Of a stretch of DNA of 64,000 bases, positions 1-15,300 are shown one piece after another (the stretch's first letter is position 1; each line of letters opens with the position of its first letter). The notes under the pieces are model-generated. The model saw only the letters and a list, made by a program, of their open reading frames with translations, searched no databases and was not told where the DNA came from. The stretch is from contig NMRA01000061.1 of the NCBI GenBank assembly GCA_002633005.1, forward strand, positions 324,957 through 388,956. The letters run 5' to 3'. Source of the stretch: Phoronis australis. Taxonomy: Eukaryota; Animalia; Phoronida. The position numbers were made by a program, and so were the translations under genes.

Positions 1-258
1 CGAGGTAACTTTTTAACGGTCAATTCAATAGTCGCAAAAACCAGTTACAACAGTTAAGCAGTGAGTGCTATCCAAAACAGCCCTGACAACCATTTAGTTG
101 TTTAATAAATGCTGTCAAGTTGAGAACTTCTGTTGTAATTGGCTGGCCTACAAAGTTATGTAGCCCATCCTTCTATTAGCAGAAAGGTATTCCACTAAGG
201 GTAAAGATTATGCAATACCATGAAAGTCATTACACATAAGATAAGGTTAAAAACTTAC

Positions 259-329
259 CCTTGGGAAGAGAGGAAACTCTCCAAAGTAGTCGGGCGTCTG
301 CTGGTCAAACACATGATCACCAAACTCAA
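259..329 (-). CDS. PTPN14: PTPN14/21 coding exon 4 (FERM F2)
   Basis: ccag|TT GAG TTT GGT GAT...CCA AGG|gtaag; EFGD motif. Confidence 0.85.
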
Positions 330-3300
330 CTGGAAACAAAAACTAATCTATGTACAAAGTATACATCACGGTGTAGCTGGTTAACATATCAAGACTCGAC
401 AAATTTGGGATGGACAAAGTTGTCAACACTTCATGCAGCCGAGAAATAAACAAGAACAAGAACAAGAACAGCAACAATGCGAGATACCACTTGCCGCTCC
501 CGATTCTGAGATAAACCCATAACACTGTGCACCAGCTGGGAACTCAAGAGTTTAACACTGCTAACATGATAATCACAATCTAAGTGATTACATGGCTAAT
601 TTTTTTCACCAAGTACTTCATTATGACTCATAATTTTTTGTTTTTTGTTGTTGTTCCCAAGCTAGAGGTCCCATGTCTTATCCAATTGATGTGACCCACT
701 GAAACAATGTGTGCCTCCTCAATGTCTCCAGGCGTAGTTTGTGATTGAAATTGGACCCAAGAATGTGATGTGGCAGCTGTTATTCCATTTTTCACTGTGT
801 TTCAGGGGATCTTTCGGAAATTTGGTATGTGGACAGATATCGTCAAGGGCTATCTGAAATATGATATCCATTTTTGGTACAGCTTATAATATTGAAATAT
901 TACATCAAATATTTTCACAACAGTTCTTTTATCAACTGATTCCTCACTGCGTCATCCTTATCATTCTTTTTCAGTCAATCTTTCATGTGTCGGTTTCTAA
1001 AGCACTTTCAGTTTTTGAATTCTTTATTTTTGAGTGAAGTTCTACTCTAGCACAAAGAAATGCAATTATATAAAAAAGCTGTGGCATGTGACATTTTGTT
1101 CTGCCCTTGTTCGTCTTAGTTTAAAAATGTTTAAAAGCATAACTGGTTGAAAACTGAAAAATAGGTCAACCCCACAATGTGTTTTTCTTGTTTCACAGAA
1201 GAGGAGAGTTAATGTGACTATATAAACAGATTCCAGAGTTGGGAATAATTTTCCAATCACCACATGAATGTTGAGACACACAATGAAAGTTTTGTCCATA
1301 AGATAAGTCTAACTTTTGAACTGACAAAGGTGATTGGTGTGCAATTCTCAGGACTATGAGATAATTTAAGGCAGTTAGATGAGGACCCTTAGGTGCTTAT
1401 TTATCAAAAGGTTGCCCTATTTGTGAATGGACCTTTTGTGTACTTAATCGGAACTCATTCACCATCAAGGTCATTTGACCTTAGATAATAGGTCAATGAG
1501 TGGCCATAAAGATAATAGGTTATTACATAATTAGGTGTGATTCTTACAAGATGGTGAACCAATCAAAGAGATGATCTGGTGATCCGCAAACAGTGTGATA
1601 TTGACAATATGGCAGAGAATACCAAAACAACCACAAGTATAGCTACATACTCTTTCTGTCTCAATTTAGTAATTACTTCGTAGATCAAGTTAGGCTGCAA
1701 ACAAGAACTTACAGACATTCTTTAAACACGGTGACGAGTTTTTCAAAATAGACAGAATTTAAAAAAGAATTAAGTTTAATTTTTTAATGCTTAGTGGTGC
1801 ACCACAACATGGTCGTTAAATTTGAATGACATCGAAGTTCATTTCATATAAACATATTTGATATAATACCACAGCAAGTTATAACTTGAGGAAACCGTTA
1901 CAGTTTACAAAATGTACCTCAGTCTGCTTATAAGATATCTTTCAACTGATGAAACTCAGGAACTTTATTATATTTTACTTTAGTTTTGCCATCACAAATG
2001 ACAAACAATGCTGCAAACCACAAAATATAAACACGGACACCGATGTGTACACACCTTGTAACGAGTAAGCTGCCAAGCGAACCGCCTGTTCTGGAGAACA
2101 TGGGAGACGACCATCCAGAATATCACTCCTTAACTGGAGAAACAACTGGTATCTACAACAGATTGTATGTCCTATTACGACAACTCCTCACTTGTTTTGC
2201 ACCTGCTAGTAAATAGAATACATTTTCAGCGTAATACAAGACAAAAATACTTTTCTTTAAAATGTTCAACAAAAATGCTGCAAGCCCTTGGAAAATTAAT
2301 AAATCAATGGCATTTATAGAGAATATTTTTGTCCCAAATGGGAGGATTTTTGCTGGAATTGCCAAAATTGTTGTTTTTTTGTTTTTCATGGGCTGAGTGC
2401 TATAAACATTCAAATTTTAAGCATCCATTGTTTTAAGACAGATGTATAATGTATGCTAATAACAAGAAATAAAAAACACGGATTACATCTTGTCTTTGTC
2501 TAAATTCATTATGTATGTACGGACAGTGTTCAGATTTTGCTGCAGTTTCCATGCAGGCTAGTGTAAAGCAGAAAATAAAGCGAGCAGTCCACGACTTCCA
2601 GAAACAAAACTTCACTTCTTCCTACACTCCAAGTAGGCTTGGCAGAGTGTTGTTAAGTTCAAGCCTGAAATTTTACACCGCCATCATTGAACTACTCCTT
2701 AAATTTTAGCACATTCATTCCAAAACTTGACTGAAATATTTACAGAAAGGTGGCATAATTGAAGAACGCTCAAAAGAACAAGTTAAAACTACGAAGAAGA
2801 AAAGCGTGCTGGATTCCCTCACCGGGACATTTCGTCGACAACTTTATGTGGCTCCGGGATATAGAACATCAGGCCGAAGTGGAGCAAGCAGTCAGCAGCA
2901 TTCTTGTCCAGTTGTTTTTTCAACGGTTTGTCCAGCTCAATCCACACTAGCTGATTCAACTTGTTCAGAAACTTGAGACTAAAGAACGAGGGCTGTAACA
3001 GAAAATAAGTGTTGTTTTGAGATATATAAATGGATTTGTATAACAGGTCTTCAATCGTGGATCCAAGATTTTGTTTAGCGACCTGGTAAAAATCGTGGAT
3101 AAATTGAAACAGAATGCTTATACCACCAAAATAATAATTACTAGAACAAAATATTAAAAAATAGTAACTAGTCATCGGCAGTTATTGGCAAACACAGACA
3201 GCTACCCCTACCAATAACTCTGATGGCATCCCAGTAAAGTTTTCTCATTGCAGCTAAGCGTTGAGGCTTTGCTGTTAAATCCACCTCTTTACTTCGAAGT

Positions 3301-6300
3301 TAACTTGCTCCGATAACTTCGATTCAAGGCTGAAATTAAGAGTTCCCATTGACCGGAGCTTTGGCAACACCGAAGAAGCTTCGGAGTCAGTGGAAAAGCT
3401 CTTTGAAACAGACTTTTGTGTTGGTGCAAAATAATTATTTGCATAATTATGTTTTTTACTAAGCCACATTGAGGAAGACTAGTTAAGCTTGAAATATATT
3501 CAAATCAAATATCTTGTACCAATGCTTTCAACATTAACGAAGCATTTAATCAGGGGAGCGTCTCTTTGCACATTTGACATATTTGTTAATTGCATTTCAA
3601 AAAGTTTGACAAAAGATGCAGCAAAATTTTTCTTATTTTTTCTCAGGTACCAGACTCTGAATCTTGCAGATTTCTACTAACAATCAGCATATTGGGTTCC
3701 GACCTCCAATGAAGCCAAGCTAAATTCAAACCATCTAATGATTTGAATGGCCTGAAAGCCACCGAAGTCAAAAGATTTTCAAACATTAAAACCATAAATT
3801 GCACCCATAAAAAATATTTTACATTCCTTTGCAAAACATTTATACTAGGGCATGATTGAAAATTTGAAACCTGGAGGTAGTTTGAAAGCTAAAGACTTAA
3901 TGAAGTTTAAGCAGTGTGTACTATTAATTTGATTTATGAGAGCAGTGGCCCATTAAACAACAAATCTGTGGACCATTTGTAGGAAAACAGAAATTAAAGG
4001 ATCCATAACACTAACAGAGACTACCAACCTGGTAGACACTGGCTAAATCTAAGGTTACTGGTAGCACCCTAAGGTTACTGGTAGGACCCCAGAGAAATGT
4101 CCAAAGTTAGCTAACTTCAGGACGCTGTATCGTAGAAACGGCTGATCGAATTCTTACGAAACTTTCAGATACTATGCCTTGTACACTGTTCTCCAAAACA
4201 CTATAAGGAATTATTGTTAACATGCTCCATTTTGCAAGATGGGCTTGTTAGGCTATCAAATAATCACTTTTACTTATATGATTTTAATGGAAAAAAATCA
4301 AAATTGGCATAAAACGAAAAGTAAGCAAAAATTTAGCTGTCACAGCATTTTTGAGATTATATCTTGAATAATTACACGAAACAAATTTCACAAATGTTAT
4401 GTCACGGTAAAATCTCACCAATTTTGGACGAAAATAACTGCAAAAACTGTTAATTTTACATTTTTGAGGGCTTCCAACATTGTTCAGAAGGCCCACAACT
4501 TTCAAGCAGAACATCAGAACATATGGCACAGAACTTGAACATGGGAAAATATCAATTTGGTGCAACATAACTTTTTATTGAAAAAGCTCAGAAAATAAAA
4601 TTTTAAAATTTTATAGATTTCGCTATGCTCATAAATAGTCTTTTTCAAGTGAACCGACCAAGGAAAGTCAAGCTTGGAGAAATATGTTGACAAACTATTA
4701 AACTTGAACAAGACATGTCAAACTTAGCTAAGTACCAAGAAAATAATATGGTAGTTATAAAATACAATTCCCAAACAAAGATAAGCTATTTATTATTCTC
4801 AAATGTAATTGCCAAAATAACAATCTGCATTTTTCAAATGATGTTTACTATACATATTTGTTTAAATGATCAAAATTTTACCTAAGTAAGATTCTTGTTG
4901 TGTTAACCATGAAAAATTCCCTCAATAAAAAATTTCACTCATCTCCCAAACTTAGCAAATGTGAAGCAAGTATTTACCACTAACAAGAATCTCAGATTCT
5001 GTCATAAAAGCCTAACTCACACAATTCTTTCCAGCTCAACTTCCCATTATCCAGGACAACTGCAAACCACATAATGATATAAAGCTTAAATTCCCTTGAT
5101 ATTAAACCCAGCTTTGACACTTTTGTTGACAGAGTGATTCATCAAGGCTTTATTACAAGATCAAGTGGCCATCTGACCAATGAACTGACCTCAGGAACCT
5201 TAACCTAAGAATCAAAACACACAAGACTGACCAAAGGGGTACACAAAAGGAAGTTGACTTCCTATACCACAAATCTCCATAGGAATTACATGCAACTGTA
5301 AAGGGCCTTCCATATAAAGTTTAACTCCAGTATGAGCAGTGCTCTATGTAAACTGCGTAACCTAGGTAAACTGCGTAAACTGCTGTGAAGTTGATTCGTT
5401 GAATTGTTCATAAAAGCTTCAGTGGTTAATGACATCGAAGTAAATGGTAGGTGACGCTGTCATCATCAAAGTAATCGCAAGGTAGCGCTGATGTATCCTG
5501 TGCACACTAAGGTTTTGTTTACTGCGGCAATTTGAGAACATTTACATGCGCTAATTGACACAAAATTTATATTTAATTCGATACATGATTATTCGAGCAA
5601 AATATAAGCAACTATTAGCGATGACACTGCCCTTTAATTGTTGATGGTAACAGTAGCCCCTGGCAATAACTTTGATAAGACAGAAGTTGACCGTTTTTAC
5701 CAAACCACAATGCCTACGCAAGTGGATTTAACAGCAAAATATCGACATTTAGGTGCCGTATGAACTGTCAACTTCAGGCTCATCAAAGTTATCAGCAGAG
5801 GTCTCAGCTTAATGATGACTTCAAAAGCGAAAGTATCACCCACCGTTTAATTAAATGTTTATTAACTTCCCAAGTGAGTATGAACGGTTTCACTAACTTT
5901 GCAGTTTACATCGATGCTAATCTCCTACTGGAGTTAAATTAGTCTGAAATCGTCTTTAGGGAGTGACCACCATACACACGATATCTAACACTCATCTATT
6001 GGCAAACTTATCTGGTAACATCATGTTTAATTATGATAACTTCTGGACAGCTTTTGCCAAATTAAAATACTTAAAGTTTGACCCTGACGTAGTTAAACCA
6101 CAACAAACAAAGACTTTCCGGAATATAAGTGTTTGCAAAACAATTTATACGGTAAACATTGATACATCAGCGTGTATCTTACCATATTCCACCAGGTGAA
6201 TGTCCAGGGAGCGTACGTACAGTAAAAAATTTCTAGTTTGCAGTCCCTAAAATTTGGGACACAGAAATTCAAGCCCAAATTGAATTTTCTTGATTCGGAA

Positions 6301-9300
6301 GATTTGAAACATGATGAATGATTTTGGCATTCCTCATATGTCTCAAAATGTCAACACTGCCTCTCGTATAAAAAATAGACTCGCTGTTCATAAAATTAAT
6401 GAAAACATCTACAATGAAACATTTGCATGCGTCCTCAGTGTGTAACATGGAGGTGACTGATCATTTGTTGTTTAACATAAACAGTGAATTTGGGACAGCA
6501 AGCATAGTCTATTTCTAATTTTGGTGCAAGCGCTTTCCTTGAGGAAAATAATTAATGTTTCACCATCCCAAACCTGAGAAATTTTTTCTGGAAATTGTGA
6601 AATTCAAAAATCATGGCTGGACATTAAGCGGAGAATGGGGGCTAAAAACAAACTTTTTCAGATAAATCACGGGAGGTGTTTACTGGATTGGTGGAATCTC
6701 TAACACAAAATGCCTTCGACAGCACAACAATAGAATACGCATGAGCCTAAAGAACATTTCACACTAACTTTACTACTTTTCAGTTAAAGGTGGGAATTTC
6801 CTTGCCAGAATGTGGCACTAAAACTGGAACCTTGATGCCCAAAGGAAGCGAACTACATGCGTTTTGGAGCTAAAACACAAAGATACTAGCAACTGTATAG
6901 TCCTGATCGTGTAAACTGGGAGTGGGGCTCAATCTGAACATGGACGCTTGTAAGCGGACATTCTAGATAACTTATTAATTTTGATAATTTCAGCAACAAT
7001 TTATCAATAGTTACTAAATTCAGAACTCATTTCTGAATCTTAGCAACATATTAGTCAAGGCCAATTTATCAAGTACGCCAAAAGTTCTCCAATTAGGGAC
7101 AAAAATATTTGCTAAAATACACATATTTTGTTTTGTATAGGCTGACCACACTGTGGCAAATGCTCAAAATTTCATCACATGTTGCTTGGTAATACCTATC
7201 CCATACAAACCAAGCTAAAAGCAAAAAAGTAAATTTTCATGAAAATTCATTTTTGTAGATAAATTTTGAAACAACAAAATTTCACATTGAGTCCCAAACT
7301 GTATACTTATTACCGAACTCTAATACAACAGTTAATAGATTGATATCAAGAATCACTGAAGACCAAGAACTGAGCATTGGACATTGATGTGAGTTACGGT
7401 AAACCTGCACTCCCAAATTTTGACCATCTCATATCAACAAATTCAGAATGTACAGGTACTTGTTAAATGTCACTGATTAATTCACGGACCGCTCCAATTT
7501 TTGCAAAAAGACACTGCGGTCTGAATGGCAGTCTGGCCTGCATGCTGTTTTCAGTTCAACTCACTGAGACAAAATTGTCCCTGGCCACAGAACTGAAAGC
7601 CCGTAGTGTGATAGGGTCAAAAGCATAGTTGGCACTCAGTTTGTAATTGACACATTTCGAAACCTGCGCCTAAATCTACTATAAGAAAAAAGCACCCAAC
7701 CGCGTCACTTTCCTACTAGAAAATTCAAACTTTTGCTCTCAGGTAGATATCACACTGCACAATTGCATCACTTTTCAAAACAACAACAGACCACCAGAAA
7801 CAACAAATTTTTTAAATACTTTGGCGTACACAATATGGCATACAAGTGAAATTTTATTTACAATTCAAATTTCAAACAACTAAACATAAAGAAAGATATA
7901 CTACATCACTGATACAGTACCGTAGCAACATTTGTACCTGGCAGCGAAGTGACAAGATTTTGACCGACTCCACAATTTTTTAAATTGTCTGTAGGAAACT
8001 ATGGTTCATAGTTTGAACATCCCAAAGCGTCAATTTGTTACAAAACATATCCTTAATAGAGAAAGTGAGAAAAAGAAACAACATGTGGTTGGCAGGACTA
8101 GGGTTAAATCCCTAAGATTATACCATACTGGACCTAACAACAGCCCTGTTATGTGTTCCTTAGAATATTAGTAATCTGATCTTGGGAGGACCAGCACTCT
8201 TGTGAAAATCTTGACATGTATTGAATGTTTATGTGCCATTAAGCAGATGAAACATCACAATTCACAGGAAGACACAAAGGAAATTACAGGTAGGTAATAA
8301 ATCAGTCAGTTATTATTTAGACCTGATCAGACAGGCCAACAATGAACCTAGCCATTGGATGTACTGGAATTCCCACAGTCAAGTGTTGAAGAGGTTGCAA
8401 TATTTGCCTGGTTGTAGTTGTGTGGGATCCAAAGAGATAATTTATTAAAATGCACTGAACTTAATGTAAAAGGGGGATATAGTGCCAGTGTGTAAATGGA
8501 CTGACACGGAGCAAATTGACAAAACGGTGACAAATTTTTGCCACCCGTTTGTGAGGTAGAGTAATTTGTGTCCGAACATTTTGCGCCGTGTCAATTATAA
8601 GTCTAAACGCGAAACTGGAGCAAGGCGGAAAGGATCATCTCTACTGCGCTTGTGCAATGACCTTCGTACGGTTTCCAGCCTTTAATTTCCGTCTTGCCAC
8701 GGTTAGTGAGTTGTGTGTGTAAACGGCCGCTTGACACGGGTCAGTTTGTTCCAGATAAAACTCAGTTATAAACCATTTTTCTGTTCAAAAATAACTTTTG
8801 ATTAGAATCATTCACTGCTATGGAATTCATCTCAGCTCCTTATTCAAATTAGAAATGATTTCTGGCTCAGCATATAAGATGACCCACTGTGACATTAGTG
8901 CCGTTTACACAACAAAAGTTGACACCGATCAGCTGACATGGAACTAGGTGTTCTAGCTTAAGTATGTGTGTCAAACAGGACTTACCTGAAGCAAATTGAC
9001 ACTGCGGTGACAACTTTTGCCACCGTTTGTGAGGTAGAACAATTTGCGCTCGCCATCTTGCTCCGTGAAAATTATATGTCTAAACGCGAAACTGGGGCAA
9101 GGCAGAAAGAATCATCTCTACTGCGCTTGTGTAATGACCTACAAACGGGTTATCTGTCTCTGCAACTCCTGCCATTTGTAAACCTACGCACGTGCATTCC
9201 ACTCCAGCCTACAACTTCCGTAAGTTAGTGAGGTGTATGTGTAAAAGGCCGCTCGACACCGATCAATTTGCTCCATGTCAGTTGCGCCGGGCCAAAAGTT

Positions 9301-12300
9301 GATGTTTGAACGGGACTATTGGCCAACTTGTTGTTTCTGGTCTTAGGAAATAATGAATTGTCAGTCATCTTCAAGTCCAGAAATCATTTCTAACCAAAGA
9401 AAAAAAAGTTGAGACTAGTTTTTCAGTGACAGGTGGTCCAAATCAAAAAAGGTTATATACAGCGGCTTTAAAGTCATTTTTAGGATATATCCAAAAGACA
9501 GAGTTGCAAGAAAAAATGTCACACTTCACTTAAAATGACAAACCACAGCAAGGTGTTCTGGGGGAGATCAGACAGGCATTTTGAGTTTCCACTGACATTT
9601 AGCTTGTTATTGAGGTCAAGACAAAGACTAAAGTTACACTACTTATGAGCACATCTACATTGCACTGATATAGCAATGTTAAGACTGTCTCCATGACAGC
9701 ACACTCACCCTGTCTTGCAGCATTTTGATGCAAATGGTTTGGGCAAAAACACGTGGTGAATGTGACACTGCACGCAACGGTTCTTAATCACAAAATACTC
9801 GGTCATTTCCCATTTCGGATTTTGGATAATAGTCGCACGAAACATGCCTGCATTTTGAGAACCAATTTTGCAACTGAATAATGGGCATCTGACTGGTTCT
9901 CAAAATGTGGGCACATTATATCCAACTATTGCCCAGATTTTGTCCTGTTTTCGAGATGTGATACATGTTAAGTGATGTGACAGGGACCTTTGGCAAGAAA
10001 ATAACAAAACATAGGTCTCCCTTAACATATCAGAGAACTCAAGCATGCAAATTTAACCATTTGATATCGCATGGATATGTAGTCCAAGCAAATCATTTCT
10101 CAAGACACTGTAATACACTTAGTAGAAAAAGATTAATGCGATAACATTTTTTGGAAGTGATACTTCACTCACAGAGAATGTGCACAAACTGACAAAAACA
10201 ACACAAGCCCTAACCAGAATAACAATGGAAAACCAAGAAAATAAACACAGAGGACATGTTTTCATGGAACACGTTTTGTTATTGCTGGTTTCTTTGATTG
10301 AACCAGTGTTTTGTTATTACTATACGGGGAGTCTTGAAAGGAAATATAAGTCGCATGAAACGATGGCATGCAATTTCCCTCAAAACATTCAATGTCACAA
10401 AAGAGAGATTTGATTGATAATTAAAGTAATGTTCAAAATTACTTCCAGCAGTAAATGATAGTAACCCTTGTACATACGAATTACACATAGGAGATAATGA
10501 AATTTCGTATGACATACAATTTTTGAAAAAAAAAGTAAAAAAGAGTTACTAAAATGAAAACTTTGTAACATGTTTAGAAGAATTTTTTCTGAAAAACACC
10601 CAAAATACGAATATAAATCACATAACTTATGGTGATTTTTACTTTTTCGCATAAAATGATCGGTATGACTATAATGCCAATTGTCTTACCCAAAATATAT
10701 GTTATTAATAAAATGATACGCATATCTGACGAAAAATGACACTGATCATTTTCATAAACACTCGTAAATGGCAAGCGAACAATTTTCAGTTAACCTCAAA
10801 CCACTACTAAATATTCATTTGAGAGTCCATATGAACTGCGTTGTCTGTTGTCATAGCAATAACTTCGATATCGCTGTTAAGTGGGAAAGGTAAGCAAAAT
10901 TTTGGCGAAGTTTTGGTAAACCAAAGTTCAAATTCCGTTTCTTAACCATCTAATCAGGTACTTAGAGCAGTTTTAACTATAAAACTAAATAGACTGTGAA
11001 CTTGCCAAATCTAATCGCAGCCAAAATCATCTCCTGCTTCTCCTGCAGACCATTTTTTATACTAAAAGCAAACCTTCACCACAGTAGATGTGAAGTTGAT
11101 ACCCTATGCAGCGAAATCAACAAACAATGGCAATACTATGAAAAAACCATGGTTACTTCAAGGCTCTCTGGTGTTTTAACCTTATGTCCAAACACATGAA
11201 ACCACAGGGTTGCATCAACACATAACAAAAGCGAAGTCGTAACTCATCCATTCTTAGGTCACAATCCTTGGAGCTAAGAGTTTGTGCTGAGCAAATGTGA
11301 TGTGATACGGTAAAGCTCCCAAGTCAGGATGGAACTCCTACCATTTATAACGAGTCAAGAAAGCGCCAGCTGCTGCACTTTCAGAACCCAGACCAATGCA
11401 ATACCCGCTGGGTATCTGGGGAAACGAAACGAGAAAATACCAAATGAACAGTGACCACTTCTTCCACCTGTTTATATAAAGACAAAAAGCCAAAATACTC
11501 ACACGCAATGATACCAAAGAGGGTAAAATACCCAAAAGAGACGATATCAGCAAGGCAAAATACTCACTTCTTTCACTTGGCAACAATTGCTTTAAAGAGT
11601 ACCAAACTCTCCAAGGAGAAAGCATGTTAGTGTAACTATGAATGCTGTTGATGCTTAATTTTGAGTAGACATGAAGCGAGAAAAACGCCACAGTCCTGGA
11701 CACGACTGCCTTATTTCATATCTCAACCAGAACTGCCAATGTTCAGCCGGCCACAAACCACACGAAACAAAATGACCCAACAATAGCTACAGTATACAAA
11801 GCCAACATGATCGATGTGTGTCGCTTTCCTATTGGAGGAACTTCGGTTTACCGAAGCTTCACCGAAAATTCGCTTACCTTTTCGACTAGACAGTGATAGC
11901 AAAGTTATTGCTAAGATACCAGACGACGCTGTTCAAACGTACCCTAGAACGAATATTGAGCAGTGGGTTTGAGGCTAACTGAACATTGTTCTCCAACCAT
12001 TTACAAGTGTTTATGAAAATGACCAGTGTCATTCTTCATCAGATGTGTCTTTATTATTTACGTCTGTCTGTTAAGTGCACGTGGGCTAAGCTACAATGAC
12101 AAAAGCATGTTTTTTAAGTCTCCTGTGATTGCACATAGTTGCCGTGACCTCTACTGATCACTTCAACGAAGTTTTGCTCTGACCACTGCCACACTAGAAT
12201 CAGGGCTGCATTCCCCAGGTCCGCAACACATTCATAAGGCAAGAAATTTTTGCCTACAAGACAGGGAATTCCACAGTTCATTATTCCAGTCTCACTGACC

Positions 12301-15300
12301 AATCACTTTCTGTGTTCTAGACTTTGTTACAATACGCCATTAAGGTCCAGCTTTAACTAGCGAGAAACACTTGCCATTCACTCATGTGATTTTGAGTGAA
12401 CTTGCTTTTCATTCGTACTTTAAGGGAATATCATACAACCCAGGGCAATAGCTGTAAGCTTAAGGCACTATTGTTTCAAATAAGAAATGGATACACTGAA
12501 ACACAATTCAACAGACATGTAAACATGCAGGACACATTGCAACAACAAAGCCACATCAACAACCATAGGTTTGTTTTGATTACCAGGCCATGTCAGAAAC
12601 ACTTAGTAGTGAGCACACAGTCACAGCAAGTTGACCCTAGGAAAGGGCTGAATGAGGACAAACTAGTACAACTTCAGAGTGGTGTAATGTCTCTTACTAC
12701 CTCATCCAGATGGTTCATAAGACCCCTTCATACTAATGTTGACGCATCAATATTTTGGGGAATTGTGCTTAGTATGAACAGTAAACATCGGTTTTCGGGA
12801 TTGAAGTTAACTTCGCAGAAAACAGGCGGATTTAACAGCAAAGCATAGACCTTGCAGTGCAATATGAATGGTCAACTTCAGTCCCATCGAAGTTATCACC
12901 AGGGGTCACTGTTAACAATTAAAGAGCAGTGTCCTCACTAATAGTGGCTTATATTTTGCTCGAATAATTCACTAATCGAATAAGAAATAAGTTTTAAGTC
13001 AATTAGCACGTGTAAATGTCCCCAGATTGTCACATTAAAAAAATTTTAGCACGCACGCAATGCATCAGCACTACCTTGCGATTACTTCGAAGACAACAGC
13101 GTCAGCTACCGTTATTTCGATGTCCGTTAACTACCGAGGCTGGCATGAACGATTCACTTAACTTCGCAGTTTAGGTCAACACTCCGCTCAGACCAGAGTT
13201 AAGTCAGTATGAAAGGGGCTAAAGACCATGGAACACTACCAACTCTGCAATTCTCAATGCAGGAGATCTGTGATCTTGAGCAGAGTACTTATTCACCAGT
13301 GACACCTGGTGAGTTAAGGCTGGTTTTGAAATGTCTGTTTACTATGTTTATTTGCTGGGTAATACCGGTTAGTTACAAGGACCCAACCCCTCCCCCAGTT
13401 TCCTCCACTAAATAACAGGCATTAAACTGATTCTCAAAATATGGGACCCTTGTAAGTAATTATTGCCATGTGCTATGCCGTTGGAGCTTGGATCTTGCAA
13501 CTGCACTTCCTGAACTATCGTCAAAGATACTCATTACACTAAGAATTCCTCTAATGGAATACATTGAAAGGCTTTTCAAGGACGAAATATTTTCTTTTGC
13601 TAAAATAAATATCAGAATTTCCCATCTGAATACACTAGGCAAATTAGAAAGTGGCGCACCTGCTGGGAAGTTCTGAAAATAGTAAGAGTTGCTAATCAGA
13701 TGTGGTCTGACTGTGTTCTCAAATTATTCTAATTAAAAGGTTATAGAAGCGATTTCTGGAAAACTAGGAATTGCAGGAAAAATTGTTTAGGGACAACGCA
13801 TTACAACTTGAGACCAGATTCAATTGTTTAGGACCTTGCTGCCCTGTCACACAACTGAGCACAAGTAGAACTTGAGTGCGGTATAAAGAACAGCTTAGAC
13901 GGTGTCGCACTTATTTTGGCCAAAGCTTCCTGTTTTCACCTGTTCAATTCATTAAGATTTGAAGACAGTTTTGGACATTCTGCAAATTAATTTGGTGTGG
14001 TAATGCTTTAAGTATTACATGGTAAGACTGTTCATTTGATGCCCTGAGTATAAGGACTCCCTCAGGCAACTATAAACTAAACAGACCTACCTAAGTCCAG
14101 AACTTAAAACCTGATAAATGAACAATTTGTCACCAAGTGAACAATTTGCCACCAAAAGTACTGCAAAATGGTGAAAATCAGATTTATTTTGTCTGACAGA
14201 AGGGCACAGCTGGTCATGTATTGTTTGCAGGCCAGGAGACCTGTTGAGTACAAGAAGGCTTCCAAATCCATCATCGCCACTCGGCATTTCCCACAACCAC
14301 CAAACTATCTTAAAACATTGAAAACAATAAACAAACAAGACTATTAATAACAATTACCAGTCAGTCCAATTGCCTACTAAATCTCTGACCTTCCAAAACG
14401 TAGCCAAGCTCTGTTGAAAAATACCCACTCCTTCTGGTTTTAGGTCACAGACATCTTTAGGAATTTGCCCACTGCTTCTTGCTAGAGAATGCCATGACCT
14501 CTAGCTGTTAATGGCAACAACTAGTGGCCAATAAACATTCAATTTACAGAACAATATGGTTCCACTAAAGACAGGGTCACATGACTTTGGAAGAAGTTCT
14601 GGGAATGTCATATTGGCTGCCCAGCAAAACAGATGAAAACTGAGCAGGCAGTGATAAATTGTATTGTTGGCTTAGGCAATGAGCACATGGTTTAAGAAAA
14701 AAAAAGGAAATGTATGACAAAAAGATGAAATTAATACAAGATTTTGTACACTGACATTATTCAAGTCATTGTGATATCCGTTACAGATTCCAATTTTGAT
14801 TTGAGTGGATAGCATGCAAAATCAAATTACTCTAGGGTACTCAGACTTTTGACATTTTTCTCACTTTATCACAAGTTTCAACAATTTTTACATCTTCCTA
14901 GCAGTTTGCATGCACGGTAGTTTTTCAAATACACTGGACAGTGTCAAAATTCGACAAACTTTCGCTGCAGAAAACAACTACCAGAAAAGTTAATCCTTTT
15001 TGACAAGAACCTGTTTTAATTCCAATTAAATTTGGGCAAAATTTCAACAGGTATTTAGTTGCTTCAGGCTCAGTCTGTCTGAGTTTCAGGCAACAAGTGT
15101 GAATTCACAAATAAATAACGATGATGTACAAATAGCAAACTAAGCAGCATAATCTTCCAGAAATTGAAAGACCTGAAAAAGCCTAGAATCTTTGAAACAA
15201 ACGAGAATCCAAACTATTGATAAGCAAATCCGTCTACCCATTTATCAGTAATACCATATTGGCAACGCACAACACCCTAAATTAACATTCTCTTCTAAGG

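Noticed and set aside
11338-11703. 121-aa ORF / alternative first exon of PTPN14/21 (gtgagt donors near 11500 and 11567)
   Set aside because: No recognisable homology; only one donor gives a compatible phase, and it cannot be supported without transcripts.
12396-12848. 150-aa ORF in the PTPN14/21 intron
   Set aside because: It runs into a MITE, has a non-ATG start and shows no domain features.
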